The notes beneath the pieces were generated by a model. That model was given only the letters and a program-made list of their open reading frames with translations. It did no database searches and had not been told where the DNA came from. From assembly GCF_009914755.1 (NCBI RefSeq), contig NC_060945.1: a stretch of DNA of 64,000 nucleotides; one strand, given 5' to 3'. The DNA comes from the human T2T-CHM13v2.0 reference genome, Homo sapiens. The translations under genes were made by a program, and so were the position numbers. Below, in pieces: positions 37,496 through 50,683 of this stretch; position 1 is the first letter of the stretch, and each line of letters starts with the position of its first letter.

Positions 37496-39474
37496 CCTAG
37501 ATAGAGAAAGAAAGGCCCCTTATGAAGCTGTTGAAAATAACGTGATGGACTGAATTAGGTGAGTAACAGAGGGAAAAAAGAAAAGGGTGATGGATGAGTC
37601 CATATCTAGGAATCTTAACACAGAAGAAAGGGAGCAGTCAAGACTGATACTTAGAGTTCCAGTTTTTGCCAGTGGGCAAGAGGTGAAATGGAGCAGGTTA
37701 ATAAAAAAGAGGATCTCAGTTATGTGACTGTTGACTTTGATGAATCTATTGAACATGCAAGAGACATCTTGTGGGAAGAGGGATTTCCAGTTCTAACATT
37801 TAGAGGAGATGACAAATTGGGGGAGTCTTCACCAGATAGATAGAGGATTTTTGAAACCACAACAGGAATGGAGGGAGACAATTCTTAGAAATTATGCAAA
37901 TTGAAATGAGACTATTTAAGATAGAACCCTGGGAAATACGAAAATTTCAGGATTCTACAAAGGAATCTTTGATTTCAATGCAATTAGATGGGATGGAGAG
38001 AGAGTGTGGCATTAGGGAACAAAAAGGGTACTCAACAATGGAAAGAGGAGCAGGGAGATCAAAAAGGAAATGCTTCACTGACTTAGCAGCAAGACAATCG
38101 TTGATGCCTTTGGCAAGATCAGTTTCTATGGGTGTTGAGAGCAAAAGCCAAATTGAAAGGGGTTGAAGAGTGAGTAGAACTGAGAACTAGAGACAGTGAG
38201 TACAGACAAGTCTTTCTAAAGGTTTAGTTGTGAAGGAGTGGTCAGAAAGTAGAGAAGCTGGCAGAAGGTGTGAAGCTGGGGAACGTGTTATTATAATGTG
38301 AGAAGATTGAGTATGTTTATGGGCTGACGAAAAGGAGAAGATGGAAAATAAAGTGTGGAGACAAAGGAAAGGGTCTCCTGGGAAAGCAGGAGATGTCAAT
38401 GTGAGTACAGATGCAAGGTTTAACCTTCAGCCAGGGAAATAATTTCTCTTTTCTGGGGCTTCTGTTTGTGGATTCAGTGGCAGGAAGTTGGAGTTCTATT
38501 TTCTCTCTGAACAAACAGGCAAGTGTATCAGGCAATAGTGATGAAAACAGTAAAGATTTGAAAAGAGAAAGCTGAATAAGGAAATATGAAAATTGTTAAG
38601 GCCAGAAATTAATAGTGTTATCAATGTGTACAGTTGTGTAAACCTCTTCACTAACAGAAACTAAGTTAGACACACAGAAACAGGGTACTTGGATGGAGGA
38701 TTTGCTAGGAGGATGGATAAAACAGAAATGGAGCTAGGTTATTTAAAAGTTGCCAAAAGAATGATTGAAGTGAGGGTCCATGATATCAAAGCAAGACAAG
38801 AAAGAAAAAGACAAGATGGAACTAATAGAGGGATCACAGGATGCCAGCCCCACGGAGTCAAGGAGAGGAATGGCAAGAATAACTGGAAGAGAGGGCTCGC
38901 AGAGAACTGTGGTCAGAGCTGGGCATTCAGAGTTAATGTTTCAGAGGTGGGACAGTTTCAAATGATGACAACATCTGGGTGTGCTCATAGTATTGGGTTA
39001 CTAAAGACAGCAACGTTGCTGGAAATGAAGTATTCAAGCAAGAGAGTGGCTAAAGGAGTAGGACGTGAAGTTAAGAGTATTAAAAAATGAGTTAGACTCT
39101 AACTTATTGAAGTTGTGAGAGTGAGTGGCCGGATCAGTAGGTGACAGTAAAAATGAAGGCTAGAGAATAGTATAACCTGATGAAATAATCTCAAATTAGT
39201 GGGGATTTTTACATAATGCTAATGCAATAACACCGTGAAAGCAGCCTTGGGGATAAAAGTGGATGGCTGACATATTGGACATGTGGAAAAAACTAATTCC
39301 TACATGCAAAATTATGTTCTTATGGAAGAGTCTGGTTCCTGTCACATCAAGAAGAGGGTCAATAAAGTGTCAAGGGTGAAAAAAGGGATTTTTTTGTATG
39401 CTTTCAAATGGGGATTTGAGGCAGTGTATAGGTGGTCAGGGGGAAAATCAGCCAAAAATAAGAAGAGGGGAAAT

Positions 39475-39700
39475 GTGACTAGAAGGAGAATGATAGCAAT
39501 ATGTTATATAGTTTCAAATAGCTAGAATAAAGACACTGAGTATTCCCAATGTAAAGAAATAATAAATGTTTAAGATGATGAATATGCTAATTACACTGAT
39601 AACTATACATTATATGTATTGAAATATCACTATGTACTCCATAAATAAGTACAATTATTGTATGTCAATTATAAAAAAATTAAATTAAATTAAATTATAA
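39475..39700 (+). mobile_element. L1MA-type 3' end
   Basis: ttcaaatagctagaa...aaagaaataataaatgtttaagatgatgaatatgctaattacactgat...tatgtcaatt + A-tail. Confidence 0.85.
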
Positions 39701-40479
39701 AGCTAACAAGGGTGGCAGGTAATATGCAAAGTTTTCAAAAAACATATTCTAGCAGTTCCTGGTGGTCTGCTGCCCAGTCTCTGGAGACTGAATGTAGCTC
39801 AGGCAGAGGACGTGGGCCTTGGCAGTTGATCCGTAGATACTGAAGTTGTCTCATGTTTGCTGATAACCAGTGTCCATTCCCACACCTCCATCTTACGACT
39901 GTAAGCTATTGAAATGTTCCTTCAGCTCACATAATCCTGTGTCCAACTTCAATTTGACAAAATGATCTTGGTCCACAATTATTTGCAGTTTTATTTGTTT
40001 CTCTTAACATGATCCCTCTAATGACTTAGTGTGCAGAAATTTTTCCTGGCATAGTCAGTCGATATTTGTCAATGACCTAATTTATAACCTAGTAGTTTAC
40101 TAAGAGTAGTACAGACAGACTCTGTTCTTCTACTACTATCTCCATCCACAATCACCTGTAAATGTTTATTGATACAAAAGTAAAATGTTCCTTACAGGCA
40201 TGGTTTCAATTCTAAATTTCATAAGACTGAATTTTTAAAAATCCTTCCAAAATATATAAAGGCATTCCAGATTTAAGGTATGTTTACTTTGTAAAATAGC
40301 AGAGAAAACATAAAGAAATGGAAGTTTATAATATGCAAAGTTGTAGATATTTAGAAGTATTCAAAAGAAGGTCTTTGGCAAGATATTTTTGATATTTCTA
40401 ATCAAAAGATAGGTAAGTGCTAATCCAGTACTTATGCAAGAGAAAATTCCCTGAAAAAAATGGAAAAAGACATTCATAA

Positions 40480-40641
40480 AATGTCTCAACTTTTTATGAT
40501 TAAGTTCAATAGACAAAAACTTTGCCAAATTACTGTGAAAATTTCTAAATGTTTATTCTCATTTCTATACTTACCTTATTGCGATCCAGTATCAGTTCAG
40601 AAGCAGGTATCAGGCTATGAATCACATTTTGAGTAGCACTG
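40480..40641 (-). mobile_element. Charlie4-like hAT terminal fragment
   Basis: Minus strand cagtgctactcaaaatgtg...aataaggtaagtatagaaatgagaataaacatttagaaa. Confidence 0.5.
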
Positions 40642-43600
40642 GCTTAGCGGTCTTCATCCAGTGTATTTCTAGAGGTTCACTACTAATTCCTATGGAGACC
40701 TTTGTTTTCCAGAACAAAAATTAAATCAAGATGCAGATGAAAGTCAATACCTCCCTCTTAAAAATAGAAATCTTCTTTGTATTCATCATGCCTTAATATT
40801 GTATTCTCTTCTTACACCAAATAGTTTCTCTGGGTGCCTGGGAGAAGAAAGCATGAGTAAGAACAGAATGAAAAAGGAGACCTAGGAGATATGCTGTATT
40901 GTTGATTTATGGTCATATGTAACATTTATATGCCATTTTTCATCTGTTTCTTCTAAACGAGCTCAGCTCTTACTAATGATCAGTGTCCTGATAGTCAAGG
41001 TGTTGGCAAAGTTTCCTTAGGAGCAGGACTATTGTTTTTTCTCCTATATCAAATGACAGACCATTGATTCTCTAAGGAATGTCAAAAAACTATTACAGAT
41101 TTTAAGACTAAACCGATAGTGTGAATAATAAATTTAAGATTATTTTAGTGACTCATTCCAAAATTTGAGGTAATCTGCTTTTCTTCTGACAATAAAAAGA
41201 GGGTAAATCGGCTTAATACTATGGGTCAGGGTGGAGGCCCAGCATGGCCCTGTGATATTCTAACCCTTGTGGGTGTGAGTTCTCATTGAGTACGCTGTCC
41301 TTGCCTTCCATTCCTTGCTATTGCAGTGTCATGCAGCTTACTTGCTCTCTGCCCTGTGCCACAGGCCTTCTCTCACTCGGTAGCTGACCCTTCATGTGTT
41401 TAGCTCCAATGGTTTGGAATCCTTGCTTTCTTTTCTCACCCTCTGAATCACTTATTATCTTCCTAATTAAAGCACCTCTTCATTAGCATATGATGAAATG
41501 CATGGAGTAGTGTGGGGCACCTTGTTTTAAAAGGCCTACTAATGACACATAAGCAAGATTCTCCCTCCCAGTACCAATGTCTCGGCCCCTGTGACTCATG
41601 ATCTAGCTGTCTAGTCCTCTCTATCTCTATTTCTATTTTATTTATTTCTTAGAATCCATAGCTTTTTCCATATTTACCATCACCTTGAACTAGGAAAATG
41701 AAGTATGGAAAATAATTAAACCATTAAAATGTTAATATTTTTCTATACTAGCTTTCCTGCAGCTGGAATATAATGAGCTAATGAAGCCAAAATTTTTTTC
41801 AATTTTATTTTTTAATCCTATGCTATATAGTTTGAAATAGCAAAGAGCAAAATCAAGGTTGTAAAAAGATGTACAATGGGTGATTGAGAAGATACTCTAA
41901 TGGAAATATGGGTTATAGTTAATGCTGTGTTTGTTCATTTTTAAAATATCATTTAGCACTTACTATGTTCTAAATCTTTGGGATACAACAGTGAATGAAA
42001 CAGATAAACATATTCTAGAGAATTAATGCAGAGAGTATTGTTAAATAATTCAGAATAACATTTAAATTATGTTTAATAACATAATTTCAGACCCAACATA
42101 TAAAAACAAACTGATTTTGTAAAATAACATTAAACATTATTTGGGTACTCAATAAATTGGAGTGCATCTGCTTGAAATATAAGAGACTTATGACATCCTG
42201 GAGAATGTTAGCTAGCTTCCTATTGGGGGAAAAGTATAATTTGATATAGTGTTCTTAATATTTTTAGGAATTCATATTCTCTTTAATTCTGTCAACGTGC
42301 TTCTAAGTACTGAAAATCATATTAGGAAAAAGCTGGCATTCAAACATGCCATAATCATTATTTTTAGTCTAAATTTTTCTGTATTTGAAGGACTTACTCC
42401 TTGAGCAAGTGCTTACTAAGGAATCCTTTTTATAAAGTAAAATACAACCACATATTAAGACACAGTTGTTCTAATCATGCATGTGGCTATTTTATTATGG
42501 CTGTTATATAAACACTACACCATATTTCGCCAACAGAAATGCAAAAACATTATGAAAGTGTTACTTCTGATCAGATATGTATCTGAAGCCGTTGAGTTTT
42601 TATATCAGGGATTGTATTATTCTGGCCACCTGGGGAAATAAGCAGCCAGGAAAATCTGGCTTGGACTGGGACAAGACTAATGCACTAATACTTATTTATG
42701 AAAGCATCATATATTCTGCTCTTCCGTGAATTATTGCAGTAAGAGTTTCACTGCAGTGTACATAAGGTGAAAATAAAAGCTGGAATGCTTCACTATGTGA
42801 ATGTGCCACAACCTACCACTGAAGAAAGGTTAAGGATTTTTCTTTGATTTTTTAAAAAACTAAAACAAATTTATTTAGAGTCTCAATTATTGCTCAGTTA
42901 GGATAGAGACCTTTCAGCAGGGTAATATGTTGTTGCATGAGCAGATTTTTTTAACAGTAAAAAAGAGTATTCACTGAGGTTTTATGAAGATTAATCGATA
43001 CTCTGGATAGATATTAGATTAACAGTCTTCAGATCCATTAGAAAAAGATGGGCTCAGATAGTTTAATTTAATATTTTTCATTTTCCAAAGATTATTCATG
43101 TGAATATCCTTGATGAGTTCATTGTTGTCTTCAAGAAAAAGCCCGCGCTTCCTTTTAGAGCTATATAATCAAATGACCCATCAAATTAATTAATAGAATT
43201 TTAATCTAGTGCAGCTAGCATGCTAATTAACTTGTCAAGTATGTACACAAAGTCTCCATGAAAGTTATTTTTGAAAGTCTTTGCAAGTGTGTTATGTGTG
43301 ATTGCAAGTGCATGCAGTACCTTTGAAGCAATACACAAGAACCTTGGAAGGAACAATAGCTGGTTCCACTGAAGGAGGAGAACTGGGCAGCTGAGAAGCA
43401 AGGGAAAAGGAAGACAGACATTTTAAATTATGTGTCTTTTGTATTTTGAGTTCTGTTCCATTAGCATATATTACTATTTTTAAAATTGTTTTAATTAAAT
43501 ATTTGCCCAAGATGCAACAAAAGAAAGAGAAAGGTAAGAGAGGGACAAGAAAAGGGTAAAAAAGGGGATGTGAGAGGGGAGGAAGAGAGAAGCAGGGAAC

Positions 43601-43679
43601 GCTTAACATGCTGTTGTAACCCACTATTACAAAAATACCCTAATCTGAGATCCTCTTTCCTTCCTACTCTTCTCCCCAT

Positions 43680-44110
43680 GAAAGTTCCACTCAAACTAAT
43701 CTGAATCTAGTTCAAGTCCTCATCATCTCTCGCCTGGTTGACTGCCACAGACTTCTGTCTTCCCTGACTCTGATGTTATCTGAACCATCTGCAGAATAAA
43801 GATCTCTGCCTGCCCCGCCTCCATCATTCTCATTTCCTCCTACCTTACGCTTGAAACTCTAGCAACACTCAACTGCTTGTTTCTTTTTCAGCAGTGCATG
43901 TATTTCCTGTTCTTCATGCTATTGCTCCTGTGGTTATCACCACTTCAAACATGCTATGGCCTTCCTTTGCATTTATGACATTGTATTGTAATTATCTGTT
44001 TGTGTGAATATTTTCCTCCCTGGACTGCAATGGACTTTATTTACATTAGCAGGATCAGGGTCCACTCTTCTGTCAACACGTAAGGCTGCTCAACACGTAT
44101 TGATCAACAC
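43680..44110 (+). mobile_element. L2 fragment
   Basis: ctagttcaagtcctcatcatctctcgcctgg; gtattgtaattatctgttt...ctggactgcaa; ctcaacacgtattgatc. Confidence 0.6.
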
Positions 44111-45338
44111 TGGGAAAGACAGCGTCCTCCACCTAACTCTCTGAGATCTTATGAAAGGCATTTTAGCTGCTATTTCCCTATTTCATAAATGTAAACAGCA
44201 CAATATACCAAAATAATTCATCTCTTGTGAGATTATCCACTAGTTAATGTTTCCATTCTATCTAGAACCCAAATGTGCTAGTATCCATATCATCACCGTT
44301 GACTTCCTCACATTTTTATTATGGAATTTGTCCAACCTACTCAAAAGTAGAGACAATAAGTAATGAGCCCCATGTGCCAATATCTTGACAGTTTCATTTC
44401 ATGTATTCCCCAAACACCGATGTTTAAAGCAAGTCTCAATCACTGGAACGTTTTACCTGTAAACACTTAATTATACTTCTCTATCACAATAAGGATTTTT
44501 TAAACATAATGACCGTGACAGTGATTGATAGTCTATCTATGACATTATAATCTGTTTTAACATTTTAAATAATTATATTAGGAAGTCTAAATTCCAAAAT
44601 CATTTTCAATCTGTTTAAATAATTGGGGCATCACTATACTTTTTGGACGTTTCTCTTCAGTAACTGGAAAGGGTTCGGCAAAGATTAACAATCTGCATTT
44701 TTGCAGATGGACAAGTACTGTGTGTTCAGGTCAGGCCTGAAGAGTATTAAAAGAACTCTGAGGAGGATGTTTCAAATATCCTGGCTATGCCACTCAAACT
44801 AATGCTATTAATCGGCTCCTACCTCTCCCTCAACTCTCATAGACACTAAATTCCTATCTATAACTTTTCAGCAAATATTATTCTCTTTACTTGAGTTATC
44901 AAAGATAGCCCCAGAGCAATGAAACTATTCAGTTCCAAAACCATCACATTTACTACGATTGTCACAACAATAATCCTTTCCTAAACGTATACATTGTTTT
45001 AAATGTCTCAGGACACTCAGAGTCAATGTTAGTTTAATTTAGTTACTTTAAAAAACGAAAGTTGAAGTCAATAAATCTCACCATGGGCAACCTGTTTCCT
45101 AGCTTGGGCTGCAGACACAACAATTTATCTCTTGGAGTTACCCGTAACTCTCTGGAGCTATATTTGTGACTGTCCTAGGAATATTAGCTAAAGCCCAACA
45201 AAGAGGTGAAAGTTCTGTTGCAGTCAAAGTGATACTTGTCCTTACAGAGAGTTAAAATAATATATCATAATAATAGAAATATAAAAAATATAGTAGGCAT
45301 GTATATTTATATATGTGAAAGACTGAATACATATGAGT

Positions 45339-45459
45339 AGAAAATTAATGCCAATAATACTCAATGTACATTACTCCTCCTATCATAACAATATGTATAA
45401 CTGCCTAATAAATACTTCATATGACATAAAAAAAGAAAAAGAAAATTAATGCCAATAAT
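45339..45459 (+). other. Orphan retrotransposed insert (non-Alu/L1) with polyA signal, A-tail and 20-bp TSD
   Basis: agaaaattaatgccaataat at 45339-45358 and 45440-45459; AATAAA 45407-45412; A-tail 45428-45439. Confidence 0.75.
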
Positions 45460-47470
45460 CCAACTAAATCCATCAATCATTGAAAAAATTGTACATTTTT
45501 CTATTGTTTCAAATCTGCTGATTTTTCTGGTTATGTATGTACTCTTTAGAGAATGTTAAAAAAATGTGTTAATGCTGACAATTAACTTTTAGGAAAAATA
45601 AAACCAGAAACAAAAAATCCTGTTGTAATATCCTAGTAACGCCTAAAGAAAATATCAACAATTACTTTGTTTTGCTTTGTTTTGTTTTATTTTTCTTTTA
45701 AGCTGAATAAACCATACGAGCCTATTGCTTGGTTTGTCACCAGTAGATGCTGATCATATTACATAGTTTGGCAATGGTTTTTAATACAGATACAAACATA
45801 CATATAATTTGGCATGAGTAAAGGAGAAGCAGTAATTACATAATTTAAACTGCTTACACTTAAGTAAGTATAGATGAAACATTAATGAACCATGCCATGG
45901 AAATACTTTTGACTGCTTAAACATTATTTTCAAATTTGCTTTTGAAAAACTAACTTTGAAATATTTAATCTGCTGAGAGCTAAGCCATCAGTTTTTGTGA
46001 GTTTATATACAATAGGAAGGACAAAGTATGACAGAATGATCTCCAGGTTAAGGGAAATCTTACATAATTTTTACTACTACTGATGCTAAGCTTTCTCTTT
46101 GGGTAGTTTCCCAATGGCATTTTAATTTACTTTATTTGACTTCACAATGCTTAGGAGTTGGGCAAAGTCCATTATTACCCATTATTCTCTGAAGTTCAGA
46201 AAAATTGCAAAATGCATAACTTCTGGTATGCTGGAAATTTATACACCTTCATCAAGGTGTTGGTTACATTAGTGTAAACTACGTAAATTTCCATCAAGCT
46301 ATACAATTACAATTAATGTAAGCTATACTTTAATAAAAATATTAAAAAGAAATACACTCAGTGACAAACTGAGTAAACTAGAGAGGCTTTCATATACTGT
46401 GTAACAATATTTAAATCCTATTAAGGAGATAGCCTCTAGAAGCTTCTTCCTGAAATAATATGACTATTTAGTTAGACAGAAAAACAAATGAACTTCCACT
46501 AAAGTGGTAGGAAATTTTACTGACCGCACCTTGCTAAACAAAATGCAAGATAATTTTCTTTTCTAGTAGTCAATGTCCACAGCCCTCATAGAATAAGATA
46601 ATGCAAAAGATGATTTTATTGACTATTCACTGCAATACCTAATTACATAAGTAGCTGCTCATTTAGAAAAATAATCCAACTAGTCATTCCCTTTTTTTCT
46701 GTGGGATTCGGCTGTTCTAATTCTTGGCCCAATGGACCAAGAAGGTGGTCATGAATCAACAAATTATTTTGCCTGCTTAAATTGCATGAATTTACAAATT
46801 GGTTATTCAGAATTAATGTGAAAAAATTTGGAGAGTGTGTTGGGTCAGTGTATAATGAGACATCTGTAGCTTTATGGTAGTGGGGGCAGAGTGGAGTGGG
46901 CTGATGGGCCTTTCTGTAGCCTTATGAGGCAGAAGTTACAGAGCATTCAAATACTTTCTCTAGTGAAAATGTATGGTGCCCAAGTTTAATATGTCCTACT
47001 GCTCTATTTTGGTAAACACTGCATGAGTCACTAAACCATAGAGAAAGATTTCAGAGAGGTTACATGGGTAGTGGCTATAGCTGACATAGGTTATCATGTC
47101 AAAGGATATTTCAGCCACAGCTAACATATAGAAGAGTCACACAAAAACATGCCTCTATAAATGAATATTTGCAGATCTGGTAGGGCTTGGGCACTGGAAC
47201 TAACATATTCTAAACTGGGATAGCAATACTCTAACAGTAAGATGAAAAAAGTACAAACCTTTATCAAATTGTGTATCTTTTTGTATAGCTTCACTTAAAG
47301 AATATTAGTTATATACTCAGGATGTTCCAAGAGAATGAATTGAGAAGGAGCTATCTTGGAAATTTAAGAATAACGTTAATCCAAGTGACTTCTAGACCTA
47401 TAAATAGTAAAAAATGCATCTCAACATAATATGCATCTGGAATTACCTATTGACTCTTCATTGATATTTC

Positions 47471-47622
47471 TGTGGGGTGGGGGGAGGGGGGAGGGATAGC
47501 ATTAGGAGATATACCTAATGTAAACGACGAGTTAATGGGTGCAGCACACCAACATGGCACTTGTATACATATGTAACAAACCTGCACGTTGTGCACATGT
47601 ACCCTAGAACTTAAAGTATAAT

Positions 47623-47625
<3 letters not shown>
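47471..47625 (+). mobile_element. 5'-truncated L1PA (L1PA4-like) 3' end
   Basis: ggggtggggggaggggggagggatagcattaggagatatacctaatg...accctagaacttaaagtataataaa. Confidence 0.96.

Positions 47626-47626
<1 letters not shown>

Positions 47627-47658
<32 letters not shown>
47627..47658. repeat. (TA)16 replacing the L1 poly(A) tail
   Basis: TA run directly after the L1 terminus. Confidence 0.95.
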
Positions 47659-47661
<3 letters not shown>

Positions 47662-47864
47662 AAACTTGGTTCCTCAGGCAGCAGAGATCAATGGAGACTT
47701 TCAGCACGGAAGTGGCCTATCAGGTCTGTCTTTTCAGAAGAACACTGTAATAGAACAGTGCACGCTGCTCACTTCCTTCATTGTAAACCCAAACCATGGT
47801 TCTTTAAGTTCAAGTGCAATAACTTTGGAATAACAAGGTATCAGTCATCTCAATTACCACCCAT

Positions 47865-48100
47865 AGTACTATAAATGAGTGCCATCTTTCTGAAAAGCAG
47901 TTTGGTGCCTTAGATGTCTTCAAATATGCATGCCCTATTGTCCTGGAAATTCCACTTCTAGGACTCTATCCTGAGGAAATTATGAAAAAGGTACCAAATA
48001 TTTACGTACAAGACAGCTCATTTTTAGCATTGTTCGTAAGAGTGAAAAGTTGAAAACCCAAAATATTCAATAAAAAGTAACTGGTTAAGTAAATTAAAAA
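47865..48100 (+). mobile_element. L1ME-type fragment
   Basis: ctttctgaaaagcagtttgg...aattccacttctaggactctatcctgaggaaat. Confidence 0.7.
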
Positions 48101-48447
48101 AAAAAGAAATTTCTCATAAGCTGAATTATAGTGTCGAGAGTTACTAGGCTTCCTGATTTTTCTTATTAATAATTCTGGATATGAACAAACGAGGATAGAA
48201 TAAAATTATGATCCTTTTGTAGTTTACACATACTGTCAGTTTAATGTATGTTGGAAATAAATTAGACTTACCTTTAGCACTTTTGCTTCTTGGAACAAGA
48301 AGAATAAATTAAAGATATTTTTTATTAGTCACTCCTTTATAGAACTGATGAGATATTAGAATACATAGGCATTGTTTTGTGCTAGAGAGAGGAATCAGGG
48401 CAGGATGACAGTCACTTACAGAGCTACAAGCCATTGCTGTATTACAG

Positions 48448-48831
48448 TGTGTTAGTCTGTTCTCATGTTGCTAATTAAGACATACTCAAGGCTGGATAAT
48501 TTACAAAGGAAAGAGGTTTAATTGACTCACAGTTCAGGATGGCTGGAGAGGCCTCAGGAAACTTACAATCATGGCAGAAGGGGGAGCAAACATGTACTTA
48601 TTCACATGGCAGCAGGAAGGAGAAGTGCCAAGCAAAAGAGGAAAAAGTCCCTTATAAAACCTATGAAACCATCAGCTCTCCTGGGAACTTACTGCCACAA
48701 GAACAGCAGCTTGGGGTAACTTCAACCATGATTCAATTACCTTTCACTGGGTCCTTCCCACAACACATTGGGTATTATGGAAACTACAATTCGAGGTGAG
48801 ATTTGGGTGGGGACAAAGCCAAACCATATCA
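48448..48831 (-). mobile_element. THE1C-like solo LTR
   Basis: tgtgttagtctgttctcatg...gcctcaggaaacttacaatcatggcagaagg...gccaaaccatatca; perfect TSD tacag. Confidence 0.95.
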
Positions 48832-48897
48832 TACAGTCACCTGAATACCTTGTTTTAAAGTAGTTGGTTAATGTTCTAGGCCACTGTGGCATCTAAC

Positions 48898-48901
<4 letters not shown>

Positions 48902-48950
<49 letters not shown>
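48902..48950. repeat. (TG)24 microsatellite
   Basis: Perfect TG run. Confidence 0.98.
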
Positions 48951-48951
<1 letters not shown>

Positions 48952-49378
48952 GTGTACATTTGTGTGTACTCTCTAGTTTTGTCTCTTGATCCCATCAAAT
49001 AATCTCTCTTGAGTCCTACTGAATTTTTGTTGAAATATCTATACATTTCAAGGATTTTTCAACTATAAGCAGATTATATGGCAACTCTGAGGAGAATTAA
49101 ATATGGGTTATACGCAGTGTTGGCATCTGAATTAATTCTCTTGAGCATTTATTTTTCATATAATATTGTGATAATAGCTTCTTAGTTTTTTTATTTCACA
49201 TATGCTTATGTAAAGTTTAACAAGAATAGACAACAGTTGCTAACTTAGAACATCAGGTTATTAAAAACTGTAGTGTACAGTTTGAAATATTATTTTTCTT
49301 CAAGGCAGAAAAAGCTTTCTGGCGTAAACTCAAAAGCTGCATTTCCTTGCTTTTTGCCTTAAAGTAAAACTGACAGCT

Positions 49379-49631
<253 letters not shown>

Positions 49632-50438
49632 TTATGGGAAAAGATGTAGAGGAAAATAAACCAAGAGAGAAGAGACATGTAATAACTATGAATTACCACT
49701 TTATATGGTCAGCATTTTTATTTGTGGATATAGTCTGACTATGTATTTTCTGTACATAAATAAGTACGGTCATAGTACATGCAAAATATTTATAAATTAC
49801 TTGTCAGGTGCAAGTACTTATTTATATTTGATGTTTATTGCTCCTATCACCACAAAATCGAGGCACTTTAAGGATATTAAAAACACAAGTTAGGTCTCAC
49901 CGTATGTATAATAAATTTCACTTCATCAAAATAATCCTATGTCTGAAATATAGTTTTGATAGATTGAGTTTCTTTTCTAAGTAATGAATAAAGGTGGCCA
50001 GTAAAATATTGTTTACAAGCTTCCATGTTAAGATGGTGGGTCCAAAAATTTAATTTCTCTCCCATAAAATTTCACAAAACGAGCAAAAAAGAACAACAAT
50101 GACAGCAATAAAACCCAATGAGAAAATGTTCAACAGCAACCACCAAACCAGAACAAGAGAATAACATACTGTAATTTAATAAGCCAGTCCAAAGAAAGCA
50201 ACAAATGTTTCCAGAAGAAAAGGAAGAAGCTCCCAACCATGCCCTCATCCTGGAAAAGAGCCAGTCAATCCTCCCTAATGCCATATAAATGTTGGCATCT
50301 TTTTATTTTGATTGAACACGAGTGGAAAGTGCTCCAGGGGCGAAGTGGGTGAAGTTAGGGGAAATAAATTACAAGACATCTCTGATAGAAATAAAGCCCC
50401 CAGGGTTACCCAGAGAAAGAATCCTTCCCCAGAGTATC

Positions 50439-50455
50439 TGCCACTAGGTGGAGTG
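50439..50455 (+). promoter_or_regulatory. CTCF-like motif
   Basis: TGCCACTAGGTGGAGTG, one core mismatch to CCASYAGRKGGC. Confidence 0.35.
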
Positions 50456-50683
50456 AACCCTGGAATAGGGCAGAGGAGACAGAAGAGCTCAGAGTTCTAA
50501 TAAAGATTTCATGCCACTTCCTCTCAGCTCTCCTGTGTGCATGACTTCCTCCCCACCTCCAAAGTGGCTGAAATTTCCTCAAGCTACAGAAAATTGTCTA
50601 CAGCATAAAACATTCAGCTTTTAGACTCTAGTTTGGAGGTGCAAAAGATGGGTTTCAGAAAATGCAAGAAAGCATCACCACAC

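Larger units (their letters stand above)
36376..39200 (-). mobile_element. Long degraded L2, interrupted by an MST LTR
   Basis: cttactatgtgccaag, gaaagtcttcccagagga, gaatttggactttaccct, actgacttagcagcaagacaatcgttgatgcctttggcaaga. Confidence 0.7.

Noticed and set aside
40569-40690. Perfect minus-strand donor AAG|gtaagt as a coding exon end
   Set aside because: Lies in a Charlie-like transposon end, with stops upstream and no good acceptor
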